DNA of 64,000 bases, taken from assembly GCA_030390025.1 (NCBI GenBank), contig CM059431.1, positions 117,182,001 to 117,246,000 of the forward strand. The letters are read 5' to 3'. The notes beneath the pieces are model-generated. The model was not told the origin of the DNA and did no database searches. It saw only the letters and a list, made by a program, of their open reading frames with translations. Shown piece after piece: positions 11,616-24,734 of the stretch. This DNA is from Squalus acanthias. Lineage: Eukaryota. A program made the translations under genes and the position numbers. How positions within the stretch are numbered: position 1 is the stretch's first letter; every line of letters begins with the position of its first letter.

Positions 11616-12622
11616 ACTGCATTTAGACATTTATTTTCCAAGGAGTATGTGGCCTCCTCATTTCCCCACCAAAATATATTTATATTTGTATATAACTATC
11701 CTCCACTCACTGCATTTTGCTGGTGTAATCACCCTGCTTTTATCAGGAGATGTTGCTATAGTTTTGGTCATGAGTTCTATTTGCTGTAGTTCATAGAGAC
11801 ACTTTTTAATAGACTCTGTTTTTTTGCTGAGTAAATAGACTTTTTTTGCTGTAAAATAGACCGTTTGCTGTTCGTCCTGCCGTAAATCCCGCCCTGCCTC
11901 CAACTCATTGGCTGACACAGTGGTGTCAGTAGACACTCTGCTTAAAGAAAGAATTGGTAAATCTATACTTAGGAATGGGACAAAGCATTACAACAATATG
12001 TGTGTACAAAGAAAATTGAACGTTGTGTGGAAAATAATGGTTCCAAGGCTACTTCAACAATAGAAATGTAATTCCAAGGAAGGTAGCCAGGTAACGATGA
12101 ATAATATGGGATGTAATGTTGGGTGGGCATCTGGGACATTAGTCAATTTATTTTTGGGAGTAGGCCGTTACTGGTACTAATCTAATTTCCTAGCACGCAC
12201 AACAATTTCACTGCAGCAAAAGTTAAAAAGGCAAGTGTCATGACATCCCAAGGCACCTTACTTAATTTCAAATAGATTGTTTTCAGATATCTTTTGAAAA
12301 TAATATTATAATGTTAATGTCAAATGTTAAAATACAAGAGTGTTAATATAAAAGCAAATATTTTAGCTTGCCAATTCAGTATCGAATAATTTTGATGGAA
12401 GTTTAATAATATGAAATGGTCCATCCCCGTCTATGGCCATAGAAAGAAACTAAAGGAAGAGAAAAAAATAATTGCAAACAAAATTAGGCATATTCCTATT
12501 GTATTACACGCAGTGAGACAGAACTAATGAAAGTGGCAAAGTCATTAAGAAGGAAAACACATGAGTTTAGTATTGTTTAGTATTGTCATGAAGCAGGACC
12601 ATCTGTCAATAAGAAACTCCAT

Positions 12623-13377
12623 GGGGGAGAAATTCATTTTCGCTCTGTTTGGGGTGTTAAAACTTCGAAAGCTGAAAAATTAGCGCCAGGCGCCCACGAA
12701 ATTCAGTTGTAGCACTCCAAGAGGGAAGTAGAGTGCTAAATCAAGCGCTAACCACTTCTCTTAGGGCGCTAATGTCGGAGAGCGGGGTGGTACCGGCAGA
12801 GTGCGAGACAATTTGCAGTGCATTCTAGACAGCACTCTTCAATCACAGAGGCTGCTTCCCTCGCTTAAAGGGAAGGGACAATACTGCACCAGAAGCTATT
12901 TGTCGGCACTGCAGTCTTGCAAGGCGACTGCCAATACAGCACCAAACACTGTCACAAAGTGAAGGGCTTGGACATCCTGCAACAATGAAAGAGTGAAAAC
13001 TTTGTGCAGGCACCAGACTGGTGCAAATAATAACGGTTCAGCGATCTGAAAAGCATTCCCTTTAATTACTGCTCCCGAAGTGGCCATCTGACTTCAGAAC
13101 GTCTCCTCTTGCTGGCATTGTCAACACGAGGAAATACTGCAGGGGGCGAAAGTCAATTTCACATCCGGGGCGCTAACGGGGCAGTGCACATTTGATGATG
13201 TCACGATCTACGAGGCGCTAGATGCCCAGGTGATAAGAGTTCGCGCCAGCGCTAAACCGGCACTGAAGTTCGCGGGCATCGCTGCATTCGTTGCACCTGG
13301 TCACTATCCCCTTAGGTGCCCCATTAGCGCACCCGCCAGGTGCTAAGGGAGACGCAAACAATCCAAATTTTGCACTC
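12623..13377. mobile_element. Harbinger-type non-autonomous element
   Basis: GGGGGAGAAATT / degenerate AATTTTGCACTC termini, 3-bp TSD CAT, subterminal TAGCGC-rich motifs like the 48334-51122 element. Confidence 0.75.
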
Positions 13378-13600
13378 CATCTGTTTATCATCCGATACTA
13401 CAGCTTTAGTATCATAATCACCTGTTATCATTGGAATACAAGTGAAAGGGATATGAACCTTCCAGTGATAATGAATGTGCTATAATAAAGAGGATCTCCA
13501 GCATCAGGCGTTCTTTTAGAAAGTGAACAGATACAAAGAGTTATGATTGACATTCTTGTTCAGTCCATTTTTGTTGAGTATGACTTTTTTTTAAAACAGT

Positions 13601-13775
13601 GGGGCTAATTTTGACTTTGTGCAACAGTGTAAAATGGGGAATAGCGAATCGGCAGCCCGTTTTACATCTCTCCCGATTGACTTCAATGGAAATAAAAATC
13701 GGGGGAGATGTAAAACTGGCTGCTGATTCACTTTCACCCATTTTTACACTATCGTACAAAGTCAAAATTATCCCC
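13601..13775. mobile_element. 175-bp palindromic Harbinger MITE
   Basis: GGGGCTAATTTTGACTTTGT / ACAAAGTCAAAATTATCCCC termini; 3-bp TSD AGT. Confidence 0.85.
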
Positions 13776-13879
13776 AGTGAGTGCTGTTGATATAATGGAG
13801 GGTTCAGAAGTACAAAGGCTTGGAAAAAAAACTCCTAAAAGAGCCCAACACTATGTGGAAGCTGAATTAACATAGACAT

Positions 13880-14097
13880 ACAAATTACATAGAATATACA
13901 GCACAGAAACAGGCCATTCGGCCCAACTGGTCCATGCCGATGTTTATGCTCCACACGAGCCTCCTCCCACCCCTCATCATCTAACCCTATTAGAATAACC
14001 TTCTATTCCTTTCTCCCTTGTGTTTATCTAGCTTCCCCTTAAATGCATCTATGCTAGTCACCTCAACTATTCCTTATGGTTGCGAGTTTCACATTCC
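13880..14097 (-). mobile_element. CR1 3' end fragment
   Basis: Same 3' UTR as 10350-10560 and 45030-45250. Confidence 0.8.
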
Positions 14098-14830
14098 AGG
14101 AACAGTCAGCATTGACTCTTTTCTGGGTTTAGGGTTGGAGTTCTACTAATGTTAACTCTTTTCTCTATTGCCCTTTGTAATTTCTTCAACTCAGTGCCTT
14201 TGATTACATCAGCACTCATTATTTCAACAAAAGAAATGACAGAAATGGAAGGAAGTTAATGTTAATCCTGACATTTTGTAATTGTCTGACTTTTCAAAAG
14301 GGCTCTTGATGGTAAAACTGCCTTTGTAATAGTATGACGGTGTCATCCTTCCTTGAGCCTATGTGGCTTGCCCTGAGAGAGTCTTTCTGAAACTGCCCTC
14401 CTTGGGATGAGTGTAATATACCAATAGATACTGCTCTGTGCCTTGTGCTGGGTGTTAAATATGGTAAGGGTGGGATTCTTGTAACTGCCCTTATCCCAAC
14501 TGAATAATGAATGGGAAATCCTGCAGAGCTGGCTAACCTTCACACCTGAATTCCCAATATGTGCTGAAGGTGGGCTAAGCTCCAAGCTGGGAGTAAGAGT
14601 TCATTACATCTGGTCTACATTGAATGCAGTCGCCATTCATGAACAATGTACAGTGTCAGTTTTTTTTCCATTCGGCAGCAGTACAATACAATCAGTACTA
14701 AATTTTGTTTCATTCCACAAATAGATGTATATATCTTTACAACAGTTGTAGGTTGTTTCACCATACTACTAAACAAGCTGATGTACTTTCTTTGTTAATT
14801 ATTTTACCACTGTCTTACTATTATGCAGAA

Positions 14831-15710
14831 GACCTGAAATGTTGGGCTAGATTTTGATACTGGGGCGGGTTGGGGTCGTGTCATCTGCATTTTGTGTTAT
14901 CCACCCAACTGCAATTGGATGTGGGAGATTGATGCAATTTTCACTTAATTGGGCAATTGAGTTCCAGCATGTGGGAACCCATGAAACAATTAGTGGTTTC
15001 AGTCTGAAAGTCGCCTCTGATGATGTCATCATTGCTGCTGCATTGCAGGTCAGAGACTGCCTGGCTTTTGCTGTGAGAGGATTTGGATGCAAAATGAGCA
15101 GCAGCTCTAAGGAGAGAGAGAGAGATAATTTTTTGCATCCAGGTCCTCTCACAGCAAAGGCCAGGCAGTCTGTGAAGACCTTCAATGCAGCAGCATCAGA
15201 GGTGACTTTCAGACCTAATACTACTACTACCTTCATCACATCTCCATTGTAATAGTGGACCTGCAGCTGATAGTCAGCTATCCAAATGTGCTCCCGCCAG
15301 GTTTCACAATCGTGGTTCAGAACAGGTTTGCTTCAAGTAGATCAAGGGTTAAAATCACAAAGGCCTTTCAAAATGGCATTATAGAGCCAATTTAGTGCTT
15401 GTTAAGGGCTTGTTAAAGGTCTTAACAGCCTATCCCGTCTCTTAAAGGTGGGACGGAGTTGGGACCAGCAGACACGATTTAATGAAAATTGCGTGGAGGC
15501 GGGATGGAGGCGGACTTGTGCCCGCCCGCCAGTTTTCGCAATTTTAAACTCCCCCCCATGCCTCCAAACCCGCCTCCACGGGTCAATGAAAATCCAGCCC
15601 GTTAACTCTGTTTCTCTCTCCACAGATGCTGCCTGACCTGTTGAGTATTTCCAGCTTTTTCTGTTTTTATTTCAGATTTCCAACATCCGCAGTATTTTGC
15701 TTTTGTTTCA
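14831..15710 (+). mobile_element. PLE-derived short element (pLTR 3' part) split by the MITE
   Basis: gacctgaaatgtt + gttaactctgtttctctctccacagatgctgcc matches 57815-57890 and 61962-62147. Confidence 0.75.
14844..15600. mobile_element. Harbinger MITE (family B) with an internal hairpin
   Basis: TIR GGGCTAGATTTT / AAAATCCAGCCC; 3-bp TSD GTT; ends match 22650-23493 in reverse orientation. Confidence 0.9.
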
Positions 15711-15825
15711 GTATATTGTTATTTTTTTTGGTAGCCATTCTTAGTTTAATTCTATTACTTTATTTTTTGCATGATGGTGGGAAAACAGGTCGCCGATAGA
15801 ACAATTTTGCTTTCAAAATACTTAC

Positions 15826-17393
15826 AGCAAAAATGTATCCCATATTGAATGGGGCAGATATAGCGTAGAGCTGCAAGCAGAATATCTGATGTTCAGAAGA
15901 GCACTCCCGATACCAATAATCTAACATTGCACTTTTTTCAAGATATCTATCCTGATGGGGGTCTCTGAATAAAGTAGCCAAGTAATGTCTGTAAATCACA
16001 AAATTATACAGTGGGTTTATGCCCATTGGGACTGGCTTCATACTGTCCACACATTTACATGAGGCTCTGTAACAGTTAACAAACAGAACTTTCATCCCCC
16101 CTCCACCCGCTGTAGGCTAGTTTGGAATCCAGATTCCACAGGGACATTTACACTCGCTGCCCTGTAAAGTAAGATTGTTAACAATATTGGAGCAAAAAAG
16201 ACATCATTAAAAATATATGTAATTACCGTGTTCAAAAGGAGTCTGCATGATTTATGTAAATAACGGGCAATCAATTGCTTCCAATGAATTCCCTTCGGAA
16301 TGTTGGCTTGTCCAGTGACCCTGCAAAGATTAATAAGATGTTTCAACACTTCGACCCAGGGCTCCATAGATTAAAGCAGAATTCCTTTCTAGTGAAAATC
16401 AAAGTATGTCTTGATTTACAATTTCCGGCCTAGATTGAGGGAGAGGACATATTAATGCATTTCCTTGGTGGAGGTTCTCAAGCTACCAGTTCCATGTAAG
16501 CAGGCAAGTCATGAACCCGTATGATTTCCTGTGAACTTTAAAAGTGATCCGGATTTGGCTACTCTGTTTTATCTTATTATTTGCCACATGAGAACCACAG
16601 AGTCTAAACAACAATAGCAATTTGCATTTATATAGCGCTTTAAAAAAATATTCGTTCATGGGATATGGGCGTCGCTGGCAAGGCCCCATTTATTGCCCAT
16701 CCCTAATTGCCCTTGAGAAGGTGGTGGTGAGCCGCCTTCTTGAACCGCTGCAGTCCATGTGGTGAAGGTACTCCCACAGTGCTGTTAGGGAGGGAGTTCC
16801 AGGATTTTGACCCAGCGACGATGAAGGAATGGCGATATACTTCTAAGTCAGGATGGTGTGTGACTTGGAGGGGAACTTGGAGGTGTTGTTGTTCCCATGC
16901 ACCTGCTGCCCTTGTCCTTCTAGATGGTAGAGGTTGCGGGTTTGGGAGGTGCTACCGAAGAAGCCTTGGCGAGTTTTAACGTAGTAAAGCTTTCCAAGAC
17001 ACCTCCCAGGAGCGTTATCAAATAAAATTTGACACCGGGTCACATAAGGAGCTATTAGGACAGGTGAGGTAGGTTTTAAGGAACATCTTAAAGGAGGAGA
17101 GAGAGGCAGAGAGGCGGAGAAGTTTAGGGAGCAAATTTCAGAGTATACGGCCTAGGCAGCTGAAGGCCCGGCTGGCAATGGTGGAGCGATGAAAATCGGG
17201 ATGCACAAGCGGCCAGAATTGGAAAAGGTCAGCGATCTTGGAGGGTTGGAGGGGGTTAAAGGGAAAGGGAGAGGCAAGGCCATAAACTGACACAATCACC
17301 TCGTATTTGTGCTGAGGGGTTCTCCTGATCTCCTGCCATAGCTTTCTTCAGGAAATGGCACAGAGGAAGTTCGGGTGCAATACTGTTCAAGTA
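15826..17393 (-). other. Three candidate host exons (17393-17300, 16320-16227, 15988-15826), product unknown
   Basis: Each lies in non-repeat sequence with a pyrimidine-rich CAG acceptor, a GT donor (gtgatt, gtaatt, gtaagt) and an open frame; no recognisable protein family. Confidence 0.35.
16605..17285 (-). mobile_element. L2 3' end interrupted by a CR1-like LINE 3' fragment (~16645-16975)
   Basis: ttgcatttatatagcgcttt...aacgtagtaaa tail is split by a sequence matching 3200-3520. Confidence 0.7.
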
Positions 17394-18782
17394 CTGAATG
17401 GGGGAGAAAAGGACTATCACTCCTGTTCCCTATGCATTGCTCCTGTTCCCTATGCATTGCTCCTGTTTTTTTTGACACTATTTGGGAGCCAGGCAAAGGA
17501 ATATTTGCCCTAGTTGTTTGTTTTGGGGCCTTGCTGACTGTCCATATTATTAGATGGTTAATTGTTGTCCCTTTCCTTGAACAGGTGATATATCATGTTT
17601 GGGGAATCTGAGATACCATCTTTGTTTTTCATTTTCCCTTTATTCATTATCAGGGTGCAGGGTGAATGCAAGGTAAATCCTATGCCTTTATTATTCATAT
17701 CTTCTGTTATAATTCATGATGTAGTGTTGTGTTCTTTTCAATTAGTATTGTTATTTAAAACTTTATTTTTAATATATTCTCTAACAGATAAATAGGAAAT
17801 ATGAAGCTTTATGTAATATGATAAATTGGTTTCCTGCTTTATTCCTATTAATGCTGTGTGTGAATTCTTCCATGACATTTCAACACTGCCTCAGGCAATA
17901 ATTGAGGAAGACCGAAGGCAGTGAATCATAAAAGGCCTGAAATAATTTACAAATAGCGCAGAAGACAGGCACATAGTTAAAGGAGTAAATTCCATCTATC
18001 ATGTATAATCTTTATGACTGAGCTTGGCTCAGTCGGTGGCATTCTCCCCTCTGGATCAAAAAGTTGTGGCCGCAAACCCAAAAACAAATACTTTGAACTC
18101 GATCCTGCACCTTAAAGGTAACTGATTGTCTATAAAGTATTTTAAGGTGTCTCAGAGAGGCATTCTTGACATAGAAAAACATTAGGCAGCTCACTAAAAT
18201 GTGAAATGCCAGTTCAGTGATTTCACACCTGCGTTTTACAATAGATTTTTTATCGATGCAAAGCCAGAACCACTTACTGTTTATACAGCTCATTGTAAAT
18301 GGATTCCTCTATTTGTCGGTTGCTGGCTAGTTTTGTTTAGGGGCATGTCAATGGTTGAGAACTTGTTAATAGTGTAGATTCCTGGTGTTCAATGTGCTTT
18401 TGTTTTAGAGGCACTTTGAAAAGTGTTACTGTCTGTTGGCTTTGAGATTAAATATCTTTTTAATTGAGAATCCTTTTTCTACAAAACAAAATAGTTGGAA
18501 ATAAATTTGTGCTTTCAAACAGATTGCTTTTTAATCTGTCCTTTTTTTTTACTGCTTCATGTATTTTATTTGAACTATTTCTCCTGTTCTTTCTCATGTT
18601 TCTGTTCAGTAACTTTTATTTTTCTTCGATTTCTTTCATTAAGGTTACATTTTGTGTAACAATTGTTCCCCTTTCATTCCGATGTTTTTCTCTTTACCTT
18701 TTAATTATGATGTTTGCCTGTATGTTCTTATTCATTTCTTCATGGTAGAATGTCTTCTTTGCTAGTCTGTATGGCAAGAATT

Positions 18783-20542
18783 AGGCCGGAATTTTACTGG
18801 CGCTGAGAGGGCGGGATCGGAGGCGGGTCAGCTGTCGAAATAGAAAAGATTGACAGCGGTTCTGGAGCCCGCTGTCAACCCACCTCCACGCGAGTCTCCC
18901 AGGTGTGGGGTCTGTCAGCGCTGAACAGACCCGACACCAAGCGGCGGACAATTTAGATCATTAAGTGCATTGTTAAGAGGCAATTAAGTCTTAATTTAAG
19001 CTTACCGTTAGATTTTTAGAGTTCGCCAACGGCTTCCCCGCTGCTCAGGAATCACGTCAGGTAAGGAGGTCGGGTGTTGTGTCAGCATGGGATGATTTAC
19101 TCACTTGACAGCAACAAGTGGTCTATAAAAGCTCTCATTTCATAGGTCTTCATTTTGCAAGGTTAGAAGCTCTTGCTTACTGCATTTGGAAGGCAGATTG
19201 AGCTTTATGCAGCTTGCAACTGTTTGGTGCTAACTCTCTATCCAGTGTCCCCTCATTCGAACAAACTCTCTAAACATTGACAGATCGCTTCTGTCATCTC
19301 AACCTCACCTGCCATCTATTCCATCAGCATCGGTGCCCTTGAAAAAATATCACCTTGGTCCTCAGAATCCCACCATGGTCAGCCCCAACACCAGCATTAC
19401 CAGGCACACCTGCAGCACCAACATCAACACCAACCTTCTCTGCAATCAACTGATAGAACACAGGGCATCAGCACCCGACCACATTGTTGCCCGGGACGCC
19501 AGGGATGGCCTCACCATGGCCAGATTTACTTCACTTGACGCTGCACACCCTGGCTGCCACGTGATGTGCCAGGTTGGCACCAACCCACACCAACACCATA
19601 AAGCACACCTACAATTTCCAAGCCATTCCTTTCACACTCATCACCATTGCGGGGTGGGGGAGGGGGGTACCCTTATGTCTCACCATTCACTGCAACTCAG
19701 TAAGCCACTTCCAAAGGTGCACACAAATCTGTCCAAGAATGCAAAGTGTTGAAAATAAAGATTTCAATGTTTGACAGCACATTAACAGAACCTTCACATG
19801 AACATTGGCTTAACCATCCAAGTGCCTACTCTTCTGTGTTGTTAGTTGGTATGCTTGCAGTAGGATGAGGGTGAGTGTGAGGGGTGGCTAGTGAGATGGG
19901 GAAGTGATAATGTAGATAGAGTGAGATGGGTGGAGGTGCAAGGTAGGTTGGTGTGAGTAAAGATATGCAGGAGTAGGGTAGGGAAGGCAGAGAGATGGGG
20001 ATGTGATGAGTGTCACAGCAGGGTGAGTTTGAGTGTGGCTTGGCAGTAACGTTTCATGATCTAATGAGATCATTGAAAGGTTTGTGCCACTGCAGCCTGG
20101 TCCTCCTGATGACATCCATGCTTGTGCCCTTCTGTGCAATGTGCAACCAGGCTGCGTTGGTCTCCTGGGGAGGTGTCTTCTGCCCATTGGAAGGGAAGAG
20201 AACCTCCCTGTGTGCTGTGGAGGGAGTCATGGGAGAGCCTGGGTGCAGCCGTGCACCTTTGTGCAGTTCTTGTCCGTGTTTGCAGAACCTCAATGCTGTA
20301 GAGCACTGACAGCACAACTGTTAAAATCAATTTGGACATGGCCCCTTTAAGGAAGCCAACTGATTGCGCATCATCAAATGATGTCATCAGACCCGCTTCC
20401 TTTTAATTGGCCAGGAACCTTGCAGGGCGGGCTTAACAAGCCCAATCAATGTAAAATCACTTGGAGAGTGTGGGCTGGAGCAGGCAGCGGGCTGGGACCG
20501 CGACACCGACCCCGGCTGCCCCAATCGGCGAAATCGTGGCCT
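18783..20542. mobile_element. Harbinger deletion derivative with Myb/SANT exon 1 remnant (-, ~20054-20320)
   Basis: AGGCCGGAATTT / AAATCGTGGCCT termini; AWLHIA...RTRLQWHKPFNDLIRS. Confidence 0.75.
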
Positions 20543-20559
20543 AAATCTCTGCTCAACAC

Positions 20560-23500
20560 CTCCTCTTCTTGGTTCAACCAAGACTGGTAAACCAAGATTA
20601 GTAATGGAGAGGAGCAAGGAACAATCTAGAGTGGAACTTCTAAACTGGAATAGGGCTTACTTCAATGGGATGCGAAAGGATCTAGCCAGGGTAAAATGGA
20701 ACCAAAGACTGACAGGAAAAACTGTAACGGAACAATGGGTGATCTTTACGGAGGAGATGTTCCAAGTACAGGCTAGGTACATTACAATAAGAGGGTAAGG
20801 GAACCAAAGCAAGGGCTCCTTGGATGACAAGGGAGATAGAGAAGATAATGAAACAAAGAAAGAGGGTGTATGATGCATGTCAGGTGAATTCTTCAAGGGA
20901 GAACCAGACCAAATACAATAAGTTGAGAGGGGAAGTGAAGTTGAAAATAAGATTGGCAAAGAGAATATGAAAGTAGAATGGCGGTTAACATAAAAGGGAA
21001 CCCAAAAATCTTCTACCAGCATGTAAACAGAAAGCGGGTAGTAAGAGGCGGGATGGGGCCTATTAGGGACAAAGAAGGTGATATATGCTTAGAGGTGCAG
21101 GGCAAGTCTAGAATACTCAATGAGTACTTTGTATCGGTGTTTACTGAGGAGATGGATGCTGACAAAATATCGGTAGCAGTGGAAAAGGTAGAAGCAATGA
21201 AAGGGGTGAAAATTGATAGAGAGGATGTACGAGAAAGGCTGGGTATGCTTAGAGTGGATAAGTCGCTTGGTCCAGATGGCTTGCATCCCAGGTTGCTAAG
21301 GGAATTGGGGGAGGAGATTGCGGAAGCGTTTGCCATAATTTTCCAATCTTCCCTAGACGTGGGGGAGGTGCCTGAGGATTGAAAAGTGGCAAATGTGACA
21401 CCATTGTTCAAGAAAGGGTGTCAGGACAATCCTAGTAACTACAGGCTGGTCAGTTTAACATCAGTGGTGGGTAAAGTTTTAGAAACAATAATCAAGGAAA
21501 AATTAATGAGCACTGGAGAGGTTTAACCTAATTAAGGAGAGCCAACACGGATTTGTAAAAGGTAGATTGTGTTTGACTAATCTAATTGAAGTTTTTGACG
21601 AAGTAACAGGGAGGATTGATGAAGGGAATGCAATGGATGTTGTCTACATGGATTTTAGGTAGGTGTTTGACAAAGTACCACATAGAAGGCTGGTTAACAC
21701 AATTGAGGCTCATGTAATAGGTGGGTCAGTGGCAGCTTGGATAAGGAATTGGCTTGAGGATAGAAAACAGCAAGTTGTGGTAAATGGCTGTTTTCAGACT
21801 GGAGGATGGTAGACAGTGGTGTTCCCCAAGGGTCAGTGCTGGGGCCACTGCTTTTTTCGATACATATAAATGACCTGGATATTGGAATACAGAGTAGAAT
21901 TTCTAAATTTGCCGATGACACCAAACTTGGGGGTGTGGTAAACAGTGAGGATTATACCAATCGACTGCAGCAGGACATAGAAAGGCTAGCAGAATGGGCA
22001 GACAAATGGCAGATGGAATTTAATACAGAGAATTGTGAGGTGATGCATTCTGGCAGAAGGAACAGAGAGGCAATATACACTTAATGGCACAGTTTTAAAG
22101 ATTGTGCAGGGACAGAGGGACCTGGGAGTTGATGTGCATAGGTCCCTGAAGGTGGCAGGACATATTGAGAGAGTGGTTCGATCTTGGGCTTCATAAATAG
22201 AGGTATTGAGTACAAATGTAGAGAAGTTATGCTGAAACTTTATAAAGTGCTGGTTAGGCCACAACTGGAGTATTGCGTCTGGTTCTGGTCACCACACTTT
22301 AGGAAGGATGTGAATGCCCTTGAGAGGGAGCAGAGGAGATTTACCAGAATGGTTTCGGGGATGGGGGATCTTAGCTACAAGGACATGTTGGAGAAGCTGG
22401 ATTTGTTTTAATTAGAGTAAAGGAGGTTGAGGGGTGATTTGATAGCAGTGTGCAAGATTATGACGGGTTTGGATAGGCTAGACAGGGAAAGGCTGTTCTC
22501 ACTAGTTGATGATACAAGGACTAGGGGACACAGACTTAAGGTTTTGGGCATGAGATACAGGGGGGATGTGAGGAAAAACTTTTTTACGCAGCGAGTGGTG
22601 AGGACCTAGAACTCGCTGCCGACGGAAGTGGTGGAAGTGGAGGCACTCAGGGCTGGATTTTCATTGACCCGTGGAGTCGGGTTTGGAGGCGTGTGGGGGG
22701 TTAAAGTTGCAGATTCGGGTGTCCCGAACCCATCCCACCCCCAACCCGCTTCCATGCCAGTATCACTGGAGGCGGGTACCCGACCTGTGCTGGGACCCGC
22801 CTCGGGGGATTAGTGGCAATAAACTGCCTGTTAACAGGTAGTTAACAGGCAGTTTTTTGCCTAATCCCTATTTTGATGCATGAAATGTGGGCTTCCCGAC
22901 AGGTCTCAACCACGCCAAGTTAGCGAGGCAGACCGTGGGTCTGCAGGGGTTGGAGGGGTCGATATGTCCGGTGGGCAGGTGAGTGATGGGTGCATGTGTG
23001 CAGAGGTAAGTGTGTAAGGTAAGTGCAAAGTGTGGGAAAAAGTTTTACTTACCTTAACTTCCTCCTGCAGGTGTCAGCCCTTCAGGTCTCGGGAGTCAGA
23101 AATCTCACCGGCACAGAAAACAGAATGGCCGTGGTGCTGTCAAAAACTGCAGCCTCTGTTTTCTGTGCTGGAATGATTTCTAACTCAGCCTGAGAGGAAG
23201 CCTGAGAGTAAGGACTCAAGTTAGAGTACAGATTGTCAGTGTTTGACAGCTTCACAGAGCTGTTAAACGCTGATATTTCATCTGTCAAAAGTTCTTGACA
23301 GATGAAATGTCAATCTGTGACGTCACCTGTTGCCGGGTGGCCCTTAATTGGCCTGCTGAGCTCGCTGGGCGGGGTCAACAAGGTCAATCAAGTGAAAATG
23401 CAGTGGGTTGGCCACAAGTCGATGGAGGCGGGACTACAACCCAAAAAGTGGGAGTCCCGCCTCCATCACGTCCCCAGTATCAAAATCCAGCCCTCAATGT

Positions 23501-23660
23501 TTTCAAGGGGAGACTGGATAGGCACTTGAGGGAAATAAACTTGCAGAGCTACGAGGATAGAGCGGGGGAATGGGACTGACTGAATGCTCCACAGAGAGCC
23601 GGCACGGACTCGATGGGCCAAAAGGCCTCCTTCTGTGCCGTTATGACTCTATGACTATGA
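20560..23660 (+). mobile_element. CR1 LINE, 5'-truncated ORF2 with stops; interrupted by a MITE at 22650
   Basis: KSLGPDGLHPRLLRE, SGVPQGSVLGPLLF, KFADDTK; tail tatgactctatgactatgac. Confidence 0.95.
22650..23493. mobile_element. Harbinger MITE (family B)
   Basis: Perfect TIR GGGCTGGATTTT / AAAATCCAGCCC; 3-bp TSD TCA; CR1 sequence resumes on both sides. Confidence 0.95.
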
Positions 23661-24734
23661 CATGACATTCCCCCTGCTGTTCTGTTGCTTGTTTCCTTCT
23701 TGTATTTTGTATAATTAAAATAAAATACCAATAATTTGCATATCTCTGTCCAAGGGCTATTTTCATTGTTTCCAGTGCAGTTCTATCCTTCCCCTACAAA
23801 TCTTCATCAATTCAGTTCTCTGGGAAATGAGCATTTCTTCCATTTTCTCAGTAGCCCATTTTGAATTTCCTTTTCCCAGCCCTGACTTTGAGCAATAAGT
23901 ATACATCTTATCGGAGTCCCAGTAAGACCTTGCAAAACCACTTTTCCCCCTCCTCATACCGTACTTATAACTTTGTGTCGTGAAGACAGAAGACAATATA
24001 GAGTGTAATTAAACATTGGCCCTAAAATTCATGGGGTCAGACAGGGTGTAAGTCGCATTCATGCCGGGGGGGTGGGAGGGGGGCGATAAGAGCCAGAATA
24101 TGGGCTGGATCCAGCCTCTGCAGGGATTTTTCCCCATTTGGAGTGGACCTTTAAATTCCAATATGGGGGTGGGGGGGAAGGGTGGAGTTTGGGCCCAGAC
24201 TAGTTGAGACTTGGTGTGAATTCCTTTTGAGGCCTTCTAGAGTAATGTAATCAATCCTGGAGGGGATCAATTATCTTCTCTAGTTGGAGTCGCTCCAGTG
24301 GGAGCTTAAGAGTTTAAAAATCCATTTTCTCAGACCCAATTGGGCTTCCAGATGACGTTGCTATCCCTTACAAGGGCGGATATGCTCAGGCTGGGGCATC
24401 TGTTGCAAATACACCCTTACAGGTGCCAGTAGCCCACCCTGGCAATGCAAACATCTCCACTCCTGGAATTTGGCATGGGGTCTTTGTCCTTTGACATTGG
24501 CAGGCAGGGTATCTGCTCACTGCACTTACACCGGCAGAATGGGGCTCCAGAAGTTTCCAGGCTGCTGTCCTTACTGCAGCACCTTGATCAATGGAGTGTC
24601 TGTGACCTCTGCCAATGTGGACAAAAATGAAGTGTGGGAAAATGAAATGTATTTGTTGGCTGCAGCTTTGTAAAAGAATGAATGGATTTTTAGAGGAATG
24701 TATTTGTCATTCCTTCAAAGAAAAACAAAGCGTT

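Noticed and set aside
15900..15988. Resemblance of DPHQDRYLEKS to PPT1/PPT2 thioesterases
   Set aside because: Only a short motif is similar and the flanks do not match; no gene symbol assigned.
17420..17468. Short tandem repeats (20-mer here; 12-mer at 29445-29480) as a CRISPR-like array
   Set aside because: No spacers and eukaryotic context; ordinary slippage duplications.
18464..18748. Hydrophobic Phe-rich membrane-protein ORF
   Set aside because: T-rich composition artefact; the opposite strand is A-rich and may be an old LINE remnant.
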